A stretch of DNA of 64,000 bases. It comes from an uncultured Gemmatimonadales bacterium (lineage in GTDB: Bacteria; Gemmatimonadota; Gemmatimonadetes; Gemmatimonadales; GWC2-71-9). The notes under the pieces were generated by a model. That model ran no database searches, was not told the origin of the DNA, and worked only from the letters and a program-made list of their open reading frames with translations. Shown here piece by piece: positions 40,729 to 52,149 of this stretch. A program made the translations under genes and the position numbers. Location: positions 32,001-96,000 of the forward strand of contig CAWJMT010000037.1 in NCBI GenBank assembly GCA_963844035.1. Reading direction: 5' to 3'. Each line of letters begins with the position of its first letter. Position 1 is the first letter of the stretch.

Positions 40729-43380
40729 GCGCGGCCCGCTGGCGGGGCGACGTGCGCGTCGCGGTCCGCCGTACGTAGTCCAGCACGGTGGCGGCTTCGA
40801 CCCGCACGCGCTCGAGTCCGCCGCGCGCCTGGCTCGACGTTCCCCTGCTGCGCCGCCGTTTCGACGTGCTCGAGCAGCGCCGGCGAGCTGATGGGCGCCG
40901 ATCGTCGCCGCGGCGCCGCGCAGGACGTGCGCGGCGCGGGTGGTGGCGTCGGCGTTGCCGCTGTCCGCCGCGGCCTCGAGGGTCGCGAGGCGCTGCCGGC
41001 ACCTGGCTGATGAAGGCATCGAGGATCGAGCCGATCGCGTCTCCCGCGCCGGCTTCCCGCAGGGAGTTCTTGAACCCCTCCAGGTCCACCCGGTCGGGGG
41101 TCATGGGCGCCTCGGCGACGATCGGCGGAGCGGCCGACGGCTCGCGGCGTCCCTCGATCATCCCGAACAGCTCGTGTCCCTTGAACGGCTTGGCGAGATA
41201 GTCCGTCATGCCGTGGCCGATGCAGCGCTCCCGCTCGCCGCTCAGCGCGTGCGCGGTGAGGGCGATGATCGGGAGATCCCCGGCCGCTGCGGCAGCGCGC
41301 GGATGGCGTGCGTCGCCTCGAAGCCGTCCATCTCGGGCATCTGGATGTCCATCAGGACGACGTCGTACGCGCCGCGCTGGACCGCCGCGACGGCCTCGCG
41401 GCCGTTGCTCACGACGTCCACGAGATGCCCCCGGCTCACGAGCATGGCCGTTGCCACCTGCTGGTTCATCTGGTTGTCCTCGGCAAGAAGGATGCGAAGC
41501 GTGGGCCGCGACTCGGCGATCGAGTGGCGGGTGATGACCGAGGGCCCCCCGGCGGTCGGTGCGCCGGCGAATATCGCGCCGAGGGCCTCGATCAGGTCCG
41601 CGCGTGACGCGGGCTTGGTGAGATAGGCCTCGATGCCGAGCGTCCGGCAGCGCTCCCCGTCGCCCCGCTGGCCGGCGGATGTGAGCATCAGGAGCCGGGT
41701 GACCGCGACGCTGCGGATCGGAGCGGATCTCGGTCGCGAACTCGAACCCGTCCCGGTCCGGCATCTGGACGTCGAGGATGGCGAGGTCGTAGGAGGACCC
41801 CTGCGCGGCGCCGCGCGTTGCAGTGCCTGCGAGCCCGGCGGCGGCGCTGGCCGCCTCGTCGACCACCATCCCCTCGGCCGCGAGCATGTCGCGGAGAATG
41901 CGGCGGTTGGTCGGATTGTCGTCCACCACGAGCACGCGGCGCCCGCCCAGGGCGGCGCGACCGGGCGCGAGCAGCATCTCGCGGGCTCGACCGGGAACGT
42001 CAGCGTGAAATGGAAGTCGCTCCCGCGGCCCACTTCGCTCGTGACGGCGAGCTCGCCCCCCATCAGCCGCACCAGCCGCTGCGAGATCGCCAGCCCGAGC
42101 CCGGTGCCGCCGTAGCGGCGGGTCATGGAGGCATCGGCCTGCGCAAACTCCCCGAAGATCATCTGCACCTGCTCGGGCGCGATGCCGATCCCCGTATCGC
42201 GCACGCTGAACTTCAGGCGGGCCCGGTCGTCGTCCATCTCGACCACGGTGATCGACGCGACCACCTCACCCTCCTCGGTGAACTTGATGGCGTTGCTGAT
42301 CAGGTTGGTGAGGATCTGCCGCAGGCGGGTGGGATCGCCGCGCAGCGCGCGGGGCAGGGCGCGCGGCACGTCGGCGAGCAGCTCGATGTGGCGCTCGCGC
42401 GCCCGCACCGCGAGCAGGCTCGCGGTCGCGTGGACCAGCTTCGCCAGGTCGAACGAAATCGCCTCGAGATCGAGGTGCTCCGCCTCGATCTTCGAATAGT
42501 CCAGGATGTCGTTCAGGATGGTCAGCAGCGCCTCCGACGACGCGCGCACCAGCTCGAGCGCGCGCCGCTGCTCGTTTCCGAGCTCGGTGTCGAGAATCAG
42601 CTCCACGAATCCCATGATGGCGTTCATGGGCGTCCGGATCTCGTGGCTCATGTTCGCGAGGAAGGCGCTGCGCGCCCGTGCCGCCTGCTCGGCGGCGTCG
42701 CGCGCCTCGCGCATGGCGATCTCGGCGCGCCGCGCCGTCTCTTCGCTCACCGCCAGCTGCGCGGTCGCCCGCAGGTGATCGACGATCCCCGCGTGGGCGC
42801 GCCGGAAAATGAACGCCATGAGGGCTCCGAACAACGCCGTGCCGACGGCGGTGGCGATGTGCAGGCGATCGGTCCCGTTGGCCAGGAGCCCCACGATGAC
42901 GGGCACGGTGATCGAGCCGACGAACCCCAGAAAGCTCACCGAATCGGCGGACAGGGTCGTCAGGGCGGCCGCGATCATTGCAGAGAGCACGACGAGCAGC
43001 AGTGCCGCGTGGGAGAACGGCAGGTCCTGGATGACGATCGCCACCCCGACGCCCCAGCAGAGGCCGAGCAGGGTGACGGTGAGGCGGACCCCCAGCCAGA
43101 TGTCCCGGTCCGTGAGCGCGCGCTGATGGACGGTGCGCAGCCACACCGACCGGAACCCCGTCGCCAGCAGGACTGCGAGCGCCCAGCCCGCGGCGACGAG
43201 GTGCGGCACCTCGTCCCACGTGGCATACACGACGAGGCCCATCATGAGCGGGTGCCCGAACAGCACGATGCCGCTCTCCCGGATCAGGCGCTCTTGCAGC
43301 AGACGCCGCAGATCGGCCCGTACGCCCGCCTCGGTGGTGGGTGCGCCCGCCGGGAGCACGGCGGAATCCGCGGTGGTCAC
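40725..43380 (-). CDS. Hybrid sensor histidine kinase: TM-HisKA-HATPase-REC-REC-Hpt (frameshifts)
   Basis: FLANMSHEIRTPMN, NAIKFT, DTGIG, GGTGLGL, two receiver domains, AHVLRGAA. Confidence 0.9.
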
Positions 43381-43787
43381 GTGCCCGCCATGTCGTCCAC
43401 CCGCGGCGCGAGCAGGCGGTCCAATGCCTCGCGGAGCTTCTCCGGCGCGACCGGCTTCGAAAAGAACTCGTCGGCGCCCATCCCGAGCACGCGGCCCCTG
43501 AGCTGCGGATCGGTCACGCCGGTGAGGACGATGATCGGAACCGTCTTCAGCTGCTTGTTGGTGCTGGCCTTGAGCCGTTCGAGGACCTGGTACCCGCCGC
43601 CGCCCGGCATGCCGATGTCCAAAATGATGGCGTCCGGCGGCGTGCGGACCGCCAGCATGATGGTCTGCATCGCGTCCGCTGCGATCGAGATCTCGAACCC
43701 GCCCGCCTTCAGCACGCCTTCAAGCATGCTGATAGTGACGAGATCGTCGTCCGCGATGAGGATGTGTTTCCGCTTGAGTTTGCGCAC
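43377..43787 (-). CDS. Single-domain response regulator
   Basis: ILIADDD, ILDIGMP, FSKP. Confidence 0.85.
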   Translation of the reverse strand: MRKLKRKHILIADDDLVTISMLEGVLKAGGFEISIAADAMQTIMLAVRTPPDAIILDIGMPGGGGYQVLERLKASTNKQLKTVPIIVLTGVTDPQLRGRVLGMGADEFFSKPVAPEKLREALDRLLAPRVDDMAGT

Positions 43788-43792
43788 GGACG

Positions 43793-45880
43793 CTACCGGC
43801 CGTTCCCGGGCTCGGGTGGAGCATCCAGCAGCTCCCGCACCCGGCGCGCCAGGTTCTCGGGCGTAAACGGTTTTTGGAGGAAGGCCAGCCCCGGCTCGAG
43901 CACGCCGTGGCTTACGATCGAGTCGTCCGCATGGCCGGACAGATAGAGCACGCGCATGTCTGGTCGTTCTGCTGTGAGGCGCCGCCCCACCTCCCGGCCG
44001 CTCATGCCCGGCATCACGACGTCGGTCACCAGGATGTGGATGGTGCCTTGGTGGAGCGCGGCCACGCGCAGCGCCTCCGGCCCGTCCGCGGCGGCGAGTA
44101 CCGCGTAGCCCTTGGTTTCCAGAATCTTGCGCGTCAACCGCCGCACCGGCTCCTGGTCCTCGACCACCAGGATCGTCTCGGCCCCGCCGTGCGGCGCGGC
44201 GTGGGTGATGTCCGATACCTGCCGGCTCGACGCGGGTGCCGGTGCGCGGCAGGTACACCTTGAAGATGCTACCGCGTCCCGTCTCGCTCTCGATCGACAC
44301 GTATCCCCCGCTCTGCTTCACGATTCCATACACGGTCGAGAGGCCCAAGCCCGGTTCCCTTGCCCCGCTCCTTGGTCGTGAAAAACGGCTCGAAGATGTG
44401 AGCCCGCGTCGCGGCGTCCATGCCGTGCCCGGTGTCGCTCACCGTCAGCACCACGTATGCGCCCGGGGGCCGGGACCTGGTCCGGCTCGTGTCCGGCACC
44501 GACCTCGATGTTCGCCGTTTCGATCGTCAGCGTCCCGCCGGTGGGCATGGCATCGCAGGCATTGACGACGAGGTTCATGATCACCTGCCCGATTTGCCCG
44601 GGGTCCGCCCGCACGGCGCCCAGGTCCGGTGCGAAGCGGGTGCGAAACGTGACGTCGGCCCGGATGAGCCGGCGCAACATCTTGTCCAGGTCGCTGACGA
44701 CCTCGCTGAGATCGAGCACCTGCGGGTCCAGGACCTGTTGCCGGCTGAAGGCGAGCAGCTGGCGGGTAAGGTCGGCCGCCCACATCGCCGCGTTGCGGAT
44801 CTCCTCCGCCTCTATGCGATCGGGGTGGTCCAGTCCGAGACGCGCGAGCAGCAGCTCGGACGACCCGAGGATGGCGGTGAGCAGATTGTTGAAGTCGTGC
44901 GCGATGCCGCCCGCCAGCCGGCCCACCGCTTCCATTTTTTGCGCCTGGCGGAGCTGCTGCTCGAGCCGCTGGCGCTCGGTGACGTCGAGCACGGTGCCCA
45001 CCATGCGGACCGGCCGGCCGGCCGGGTCCCGCAACACGGTGGAGCGCTCTTCGACGATCCGCTCCGACCCGTCGGGCCGGATCACCCGATGCTGAATGAA
45101 GTACGGCAAGCCGTGCTGCAAGGACCCTTGCACTGCGGCGTTGATGCGAGGCACATCTTCCGGCGGCACCGCCTTGAAGAACAGATCGTTGGAGACGGGG
45201 ACCGCACGGGGCTCGTACCCGAAGATCCGATACGTCTCGTCCGACCACCACAGCGGATTCTCATTGACGTTCTGAAGGTTCGTGAGGTCGAGCTCCCAGC
45301 TGCCGAGGTGTGCGGTCTCCTGCGCGCGGGCCAGTCGCGTCTCGCTTTCGCGCAGCGCGACTTCCGCGCGCTTACGCTCGATGGTCATGGCGATCTGCGC
45401 GGACACGAATGCCAGCATGCGCTCCTCCGCCTCCCCATACCGCACGCCCGGGGTATAGCTCTGCACGGCGAGCACGCCGATCGTCTTGTCGCCGATCTTC
45501 AACGGGACGCCCAGCCATTGAAGCGACGGGGTGCCGATCATCTCGGCGTCCCCGCGTTCCGTCAGCATGCGGTGGAGAGTCGTCGTCGGCCAGGAGCGGC
45601 TCGCCCGGTCCGCAGCACGTACTCCGTCAATCCCCGCCCGCTCCGCTTCGGGGGCGTGGGGCGCGTCGAACTCGTCCACGAAGTACGGGAAGCTGACGAC
45701 GTCGGTCGCCGCATCGTAGAGGGCGATGTAGAAGTTCGTGGCGGGCATCAGCTCGCCCACGATGCGGTGAATCTCGCGAAACAGCTCGTCCAGCGTGGCC
45801 GATGAGTGGGCCGCTTCCGAGATCCGGTACGTGGCGAGCTGGGTCTGCTCCGCCCGGTTGGAAGGCGTCGGGTCGCGCAT
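43793..45880 (-). CDS. Hybrid sensor kinase: GAF-PAS-HisKA-HATPase-REC (frameshifts)
   Basis: NFYIALYD (GAF), [11 protein letters not shown] (PAS), [27 protein letters not shown]. Confidence 0.9.
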
Positions 45881-46305
45881 CACGCGGACCGGAACCCGAC
45901 CGCGCGATGGCTGTTGTCGCAAAACGGCTTGTTGCCGGATGCACCGCAGCGGCACAGCGCCATGCGGGTGTCGGCTCGCACGAGCGCGCCGGCTCCGTCC
46001 TGGACTTCGACGCGACCGCGGATGTGCAGGGGACCGTTCGGGATCACGAGCACCTCCGGCTCCGGAGGCGGCGCTTCGGCAGGCCCGCCGTCCAGGAGGT
46101 CGGCGTGGAGGGCGCCGCTGGGGCAGCGCGCTACGACCGCCGCCACTGCGTCCGCAGCCGCTGCGTTCGGACGGATCCACGGGACCGCGTCCCGGTCGAA
46201 CACCGGCGGGAGGCCGCGCAGGCACTCCGCGGCGTGGATACAGAGGCGGGGATCGAAGTACACGACGAGTTCCTGACCGCGGTACGCCTTGCCCTTCCGC
46301 TCCAT
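45880..46305 (-). CDS. Divergent 4Fe-4S (Fer4_19) plus CDGSH iron-sulfur domain protein
   Basis: CIHAAEC, CPSGAL, LCRCGASGNKPFCDNSH. Confidence 0.9.
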   Translation of the reverse strand: MERKGKAYRGQELVVYFDPRLCIHAAECLRGLPPVFDRDAVPWIRPNAAAADAVAAVVARCPSGALHADLLDGGPAEAPPPEPEVLVIPNGPLHIRGRVEVQDGAGALVRADTRMALCRCGASGNKPFCDNSHRAVGFRSA

Positions 46306-47979
46306 CTAGATCTCTCCTCGGCGCGCGAAGCCGGCGATGTACTCCCCGGCGCGGTACGCCAACGCCTGGATCGTACAGGTGGGCTGCCCCCGACCCGACG
46401 TCACGAAGCTGCTGCCGTCGCACAGGAAGAGGTTGGGGACGTCGTGGGTGCGATGGTGGCGATCCACCACCGACGTGCGCGGGTCGTCGCCCATCCGGCA
46501 GGTGCCCAGGAGGTGGACGGCGAAGGTGGACGGCTGCACCGGGGTCTTCCAGACGCGCCGCGCGCCCGGCCGCCTCGAGGATCTCCACCGCCTTGTCCTG
46601 AAGAAAGCGCATGGTGGCGAGGTCGTCGGGGTGATCCTGGTAGGTGAATCGCAGCGCCGGCAGCCCCCAGGCGTCCTTCAAGGCCGGATCGAGCGACACC
46701 GCGTTCGACTCGAGCGGCAGCGACGTGGTGTGGCCGGCCGCGACCATCGAGTGGGAGTACGACTCGCGCAGCAGACGCTTGTACTCAGGCCCCCAGGTCG
46801 GGTCGTCGGGCGCGAGGCCGCCGAACACCCCGCCGAGTGCATACCCGACCGGATAGCCGGTGAACCGGGCGTCGATCCCGCCGCCACCGTAGAAGCCGCG
46901 CGCCGGGTCGGTATCATAGAAGTCGTGGATCATGCGCGACGCCGCGACACTCTTCCATTCGTTGAGCGGCCGCTCGAAGGTTGCTCCCGACCTCAGCGTA
47001 GCCGTTGAACATCAGATGCTTGCCGACCAGCCCGCTCGAGTTCGCGAGGCCCTGCGGGAAGCGCTTCGACTGCGACATCAGCAGCAGCCGCGGCGTCTCG
47101 GCGCCGTTGGCGCACAGCACCACCGCCCGGGCGCGCTGCAGGTGCTCGACCTTGTGGTCGTCGAAATAGACCACGCCGACGGTGCGACCGGTGCGCTGGT
47201 CGATCTCGACCCCGCGCACGTAGCTGTTGGGCCGGATCTCGCAGTGGCCCGTCGCCTCCGCCATCGGGATGACCGTCGCCAGCGTGGACGACTTGGCGCC
47301 GAATTCGCACCCGAACGCGAGACAGAAGCCGCAATGGTGGCAGGGTTCGCCGTCCATGGAACGGCTGCGACAGGATCGCGAGCGGCGTCGGCTGCGAGTG
47401 GAATCCGAGCTTCGGCGCAGCCGCGCTCGAACAGCACGCCCGACGACTTCACCGGCAGCGGCGGCAGCGGGTACGGGCGCGAACGCGGCGCGTCGAACGG
47501 GCCGGGTACCCCCGACACACCCAGCTCCCATTCGGCCTTCGTGTAGTAGGGCTCGAGGTCGGCGTAGGTGATCGGCCAGTCGGCGAATCCGGTACCGCTG
47601 ATCGCGGCCGTGGCGGCTCGCTTCGATAAAGTCGATTTCGTGGAACCGCCAGTAGTTGGCGGTGAAGTGCACGCTGCCCCCGCCGACCAACCGGGCGTAC
47701 AGCAGCGGTGCCGGCGCCCTGCTTGGCCGGTTCATTCGGTGTCGGGGCGAAGGTCTGGGGCTGGAGCGCGGGGTTGTTGACGATCCCGCTGCGGAAGAAA
47801 TACTTGAACTCGTCGTGCTCGAACTGGCTGGGGTCGAGGCGCGGTCCCTGCTCGAGCACCACCACGGATAGCCCTGCGGTCGCGAGCTCCTTGGCGACGA
47901 TTCCCCCGGCCGCGCCGGAGCCCACCACGACGAAGTCCACGACGTCTTTGGGACGGAACCGCGCGCTCGGTCGCCGCAT
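46306..47979 (-). CDS. GMC oxidoreductase (gluconate 2-dehydrogenase flavoprotein-like; frameshifts)
   Basis: VVGSGAAGG, VGGGSVH, ETPRLLL, HLLGTCRMG, PTCTIQALA. Confidence 0.9.
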
Positions 47980-47986
47980 GCGCACT

Positions 47987-48578
47987 CTACTTCTTCCCCT
48001 CGGCGCCGGGCGGCGTCGTAGTCGCCGAACGGCGGCTGCCAGCGAAGCGGTCTTCGAAGCCGAGGATCCGCCAGCCGATGTGGTCGCGGTTGCCGCCCCA
48101 GGAGGGGTTCGCGAACGTGCCCGCGACCGTGACGAACCGTATCATCTTGAAAGAACGGCGTCTTCTCGGTCGCGCGCAGCAGCTCGATCTGGCGAGCGGG
48201 GGAGAGCGTGGCAAAGCGGCCCGCTCCGGGCCAGCGCTGTCTGCGCGTCGCCGATTGAGCTCGTCCAGCCCCTGGGCAAACGGGTCACGCTGGTCCTGCC
48301 CCCAGGTGGCGAGCGAGTGATCCACGAAATGGACCACGCCGGCCTCGCGTGCGCCCGGGAGATCGTCGGTGGGGATGATCTGCGCGGCGATCGCGTCTAC
48401 GTCGGCCGCTTGATCGGGGGTGAGGAACTCCCAGGTGGCGGCCCGGCGGCAGGCGAGCGGTGCGCGCATGGGCGAGGCTCGCGCGCAGCTGTTCCGGATC
48501 GGCGGCGAGCCACGCGGAGGCGATGGCGGTGCAGGAGGCGGTGAGGAAGGCGCGGCGGCCGAGCGAGTCATCGAACAT
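47987..48578 (-). CDS. Gluconate 2-dehydrogenase subunit 3 family, Tat-exported (frameshifts)
   Basis: GRRAFL Tat motif, IIPTDDLPGAREAGVVHFVD, PSWGGNRDHIGW. Confidence 0.85.
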
Positions 48579-48646
48579 GGCGCCGGTAAGTATGCGGCTG
48601 GGCAGCCGTGGCCGCCACGCGGGGCGGCGGCTATTATACCAGAGCG

Positions 48647-49661
48647 ATGAAACAGCTCGTGATCACCCGTTATGGTCCGCCCGAAGTGCTGGCGGTGCGC
48701 GACGCCCCCGATCCTCCCGTTACGCCGGGCACGGTGCGCATCCGCGTCGCGGCCGCGGGGATCAACTTCTCCGACGTCATGGCCCGCCAGGGTCTCTATC
48801 CCGACGCGCCGAAGCCACCGTGCGTCATCGGGTACGAGGTCGCGGGTGTCGTGGACGCCGTGCGGAGTGGGGTGGTCGCGCCGCGGGTTGGTGACCGGGT
48901 GGTCGCGACGACGCGGTTCGGCGGCCAGAGCGAGCTGGTGGTGGTTCCCGCCCCGAACGTGTTTCCGCTCCCCGACGCCTGGAGCTTCGCACGAGGGCGC
49001 GGCCTTCCCGGTCGTCTTTCTCACGGCGCACCACATGCTCGTGCGGGTCGCAGCGGCGCAGCGCGGCGAAACCGTCCTGGTGCATGCGGCCGCGGGTGGG
49101 GTGGGACTCGCGGTGGCCGAGCTGGCCCGGATCCACGGCGTGCGGGTGCTCGGCCTCGCGTCGCCCGGGAAACACGACATCCTGCGAACCTACGGGGTTG
49201 AGCCCCTCGACCGCCTCGATCCTCGCTGGCCCGATGCCGTCCGCCGCCTGGCCCCCGGGGGCGTGGACATTGTGCTCGACGCAGTGGGGGGCGACTCGTG
49301 GCGCCAGGGGTACGCCCTGCTCGCACCGGTCGGCCGGCTGATTTGCTTCGGCGCCTCGGAGCTGTCGAGCGGCATGCGCCGCAATCTCTTCGCGCTCGTG
49401 TGGAAGGCGTTGCGGTGGCCCCGCTTCGCGCCGCTGACCCTGATGAACCGCAACCGCACGGTCGCGGGCGTGAACCTGGGGCACCTGTGGGACGCCGACC
49501 ATATCCTCCGGCCCCAGATCCAGGCCCTGCTGGGCTACGCGCGGGAGGGACGGATCCGACCCCGTGTGGACCGGGTATTTCCCGTGGCGGAGGCCGCCGC
49601 AGCCCACCGTCATATTCACGAGCGCCGCAACGTCGGTAAGGTCGTGCTGGCCTTTGGGTAG
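48647..49661 (+). CDS. MDR-family NADPH:quinone oxidoreductase (VAT-1-like; frameshift near 48990)
   Basis: GINFSD, GYEVAG, VHAAAGGVG, RRNVGKVVL. Confidence 0.9.
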
Positions 49662-49729
49662 GGATCCTGGGACCGCCTCCCGGCGTTATGGGAGGCGCGT
49701 AGCAGCTATACCTCACCGGAGTCTCCATA

Positions 49730-50314
49730 ATGCTTTTCGACTCGAGGATCGTCAGTTTGGGCTTGGTCGGCGCATTTGTCATGGGCCTGGCGGTCGCGCC
49801 GGCGCCTGCGACCGCCCAAAGCCATGGAAAAGGATGGAACCCGATGGAGTTCAAGAAGCCGAGCGATGCCGCCCTGAAGAGCTCGTTGACCCCGCTGCAG
49901 TACCAGGTGACGCAGCACGAGGGGACCGAGCGAGCTTTCAATAATGAATACTGGGATAACCACCGGGCGGGGATCTACGTGGATGTGATCTCCGGCGAGC
50001 CGCTGTTCAGCTCGCTCGACAAGTACGAGTCGGGCACGGGATGGCCCAGCTTCACGAAGCCGCTCGAGACCGGGAACGTGCGGGAGAAGACCGATCGGTC
50101 ACTGGGCATGGCGCGCACGGAGGTGCGGTCGGCCCACGCGGACTCGCATCTCGGGCACGTGTTCAACGACGGGCCGGCACCGACCGGCCAACGCTACTGC
50201 ATGAACTCGGCGGCGCTGCGGTTCATTCCGGTCGAGGAGCTGGAGAAAGCGGGATACGGGCAGTACCTGTCGCTCTTCCAGGGCGCCAAGGCGAAGGACC
50301 CAACGCACAAATAA
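49730..50314 (+). CDS. msrB: Peptide methionine-(R)-sulfoxide reductase with signal peptide
   Basis: [32 protein letters not shown]. Confidence 0.95.
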   Translation: MLFDSRIVSLGLVGAFVMGLAVAPAPATAQSHGKGWNPMEFKKPSDAALKSSLTPLQYQVTQHEGTERAFNNEYWDNHRAGIYVDVISGEPLFSSLDKYESGTGWPSFTKPLETGNVREKTDRSLGMARTEVRSAHADSHLGHVFNDGPAPTGQRYCMNSAALRFIPVEELEKAGYGQYLSLFQGAKAKDPTHK

Positions 50315-50483
50315 GCCGACGGCGCGCGGGCGTCACATGGTGAGGGTGGCGCCCGCCGCTTGAGGTCCCCCCGCCGCTTGATCGTCATCCCCCTGTGGCC
50401 GCAGTTCCTCGTCTGAAATAGTGAACGAAAACCGAAGAACCGGTTACACGTCGGCCCGACGCGACGACTCGCCCGGCGCGTTA

Positions 50484-50568
50484 GGGTCACGCGTTGCCAC
50501 GCGACCCCGACTTTGGGTAACCCGCCGACCTGTGACCCTGGCCCGGGTAACGGCACTCACCGATCTCC
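50484..50568. promoter_or_regulatory. Phased array of inverted-repeat operator-like sites
   Basis: GGGTMAC-N10-GYGACCC at 50484 and 50515; degenerate third copy at 50545. Confidence 0.55.
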
Positions 50569-50658
50569 CCGCCGAGTCCATGCCACCATACCACGTGCTG
50601 GAAACGCACCCGGGGGACCGGGTGCGTGTCGCCCTAACCATCATTTTGGAGTACTTCC

Positions 50659-51906
50659 ATGGCATCGTCGTCGAAGGTATTTCTCCTCCTGTGTGCCGGT
50701 GTTCTCCTCGGCGCCTGCGAAGAACAACCGACATCCGACGTCACCGCCCTCAATGACGACCCCGTTGAGGTCATCCCCTCGGCGGTGACGGCCGATCTGC
50801 AGTTCGCGAATGCCTCCACTTCCTTTGGCGATCCCCTGCCGCGCTTGACCGCGGAGCAGCAGGAACTGTTCGAGGAGGGGCTCGACGAGTTCTCGGAGGT
50901 GGAAGAACCGGACGAAGGGCTTGGCCCGGTCTTCAATGAAGCGGCCTGCCTGGTGTGCCACACGGACCCTGTGGGAGGCACCACGGGACGGCTGGAGACA
51001 CGCTTTGGGCGCAGGGGCAACAGCGGAAAGTTTGATCCGCTCGAGGCTCTTGGGGGCTCGCTGTTGCAAGACCAGGGGATCGGCGCGGTGGAAGACGGCT
51101 TCGTCTTCAAGGCGGAGAGAGTTCCGCGCGGCGCGAATGTGGTGGCGTCGCGGCTGACCACACCGCTGTTCGGCCTCGGCCTGGTGGACGCCGTCCCCGA
51201 CGCGGAGTTGATCGAACTGGCTCAGAAGCAAAAACGGTTCACGCACACCCCCGGCATCGCGAACATGGTAACGGACCTCGCAACGGGGGAGCAGCGCGTC
51301 GGCCGGTTTGGGTGGAAGGCGCAGGTGGCCACGTTGCAAACCTTCTCGGGTGATGCCTACCTGAACGAGATGGGCATCACGAATCCCATCTTCCCGAACG
51401 AGAGCTGTCCGCAAGGGAATTGTGCCGCACTTGCACACAACCCCATGCCGGAGCTGAACGATTCGGGGGCCGGCATTGAGGCGTTCAAGAACTTCATGAC
51501 GCTGCTCGCCCCGCCGCCCCGCGGGTCGGGGGCCAGCCGGACGGGGGAGGACATCTTCCAATCCATCGGCTGTGCGACATGCCACACCCCCAAATTGGCA
51601 ACGGGACCCAGCCCCATCGCCGCACTCGACCGCAAGGTCTTCCAGCCGTTCTCAGATTTTCTGTTGCACGACATGGGGCGGCTGGGGGATGGGATTACCC
51701 AGGGCAACGCGACGGGACGGCTGATGCGTACCGCCCCCCTCTGGGGTCTGCGCGTGCGGCCCGTTTTCCTCCACGATGGCCGGGCGACGACCGTCACGGC
51801 AGCGATCTTGGCGCACGATGGCCAGGGGCAGCGTGCCCGCGAGCGGTTCATCAACTTGAGCAGGGACAAGCGGCAGGCCCTGCTGGCGTATTTGAACTCG
51901 CTGTGA
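50659..51906 (+). CDS. Di-heme oxidoreductase family (DHOR/DUF1111-like) lipoprotein
   Basis: Lipobox LLGAC; CLVCH and CATCH; GRFGWKA, FLLHDMG, RTAPLWG, LHDGRA. Confidence 0.9.
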   Translation: MASSSKVFLLLCAGVLLGACEEQPTSDVTALNDDPVEVIPSAVTADLQFANASTSFGDPLPRLTAEQQELFEEGLDEFSEVEEPDEGLGPVFNEAACLVCHTDPVGGTTGRLETRFGRRGNSGKFDPLEALGGSLLQDQGIGAVEDGFVFKAERVPRGANVVASRLTTPLFGLGLVDAVPDAELIELAQKQKRFTHTPGIANMVTDLATGEQRVGRFGWKAQVATLQTFSGDAYLNEMGITNPIFPNESCPQGNCAALAHNPMPELNDSGAGIEAFKNFMTLLAPPPRGSGASRTGEDIFQSIGCATCHTPKLATGPSPIAALDRKVFQPFSDFLLHDMGRLGDGITQGNATGRLMRTAPLWGLRVRPVFLHDGRATTVTAAILAHDGQGQRARERFINLSRDKRQALLAYLNSL

Positions 51907-51950
51907 TGCAGCCGGCCGCTTTCCGATAACAGGCTGGCTCAATGCACAAC

Positions 51951-51986
51951 CGGGGCTCCTCGCAAGTGCGAGGAGCCCCGTTGTTG
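51951..51986. terminator. Intrinsic terminator
   Basis: CGGGGCTCCTCGCA-AG-TGCGAGGAGCCCCG followed by TTGTTG. Confidence 0.8.
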
Positions 51987-52149
51987 TGCCGATTGTCGTC
52001 CACGGTACTCGCCCTGGAGGCACCATGTTCTACCACAGCCGCGTCAAACTGCTGTGCCTGACGGCGTTCCTCGCCGCGGTCCCCCGCGTACGAACAGGAT
52101 TTGCCGTCCTCTGCGATTGTCTCTCCTGTCGCGAAGCGGTGGTCAGACG

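Noticed and set aside
44318..46933. 871-aa GMC-histidine kinase fusion in the ORF track
   Set aside because: Frameshift read-through across three separate genes.
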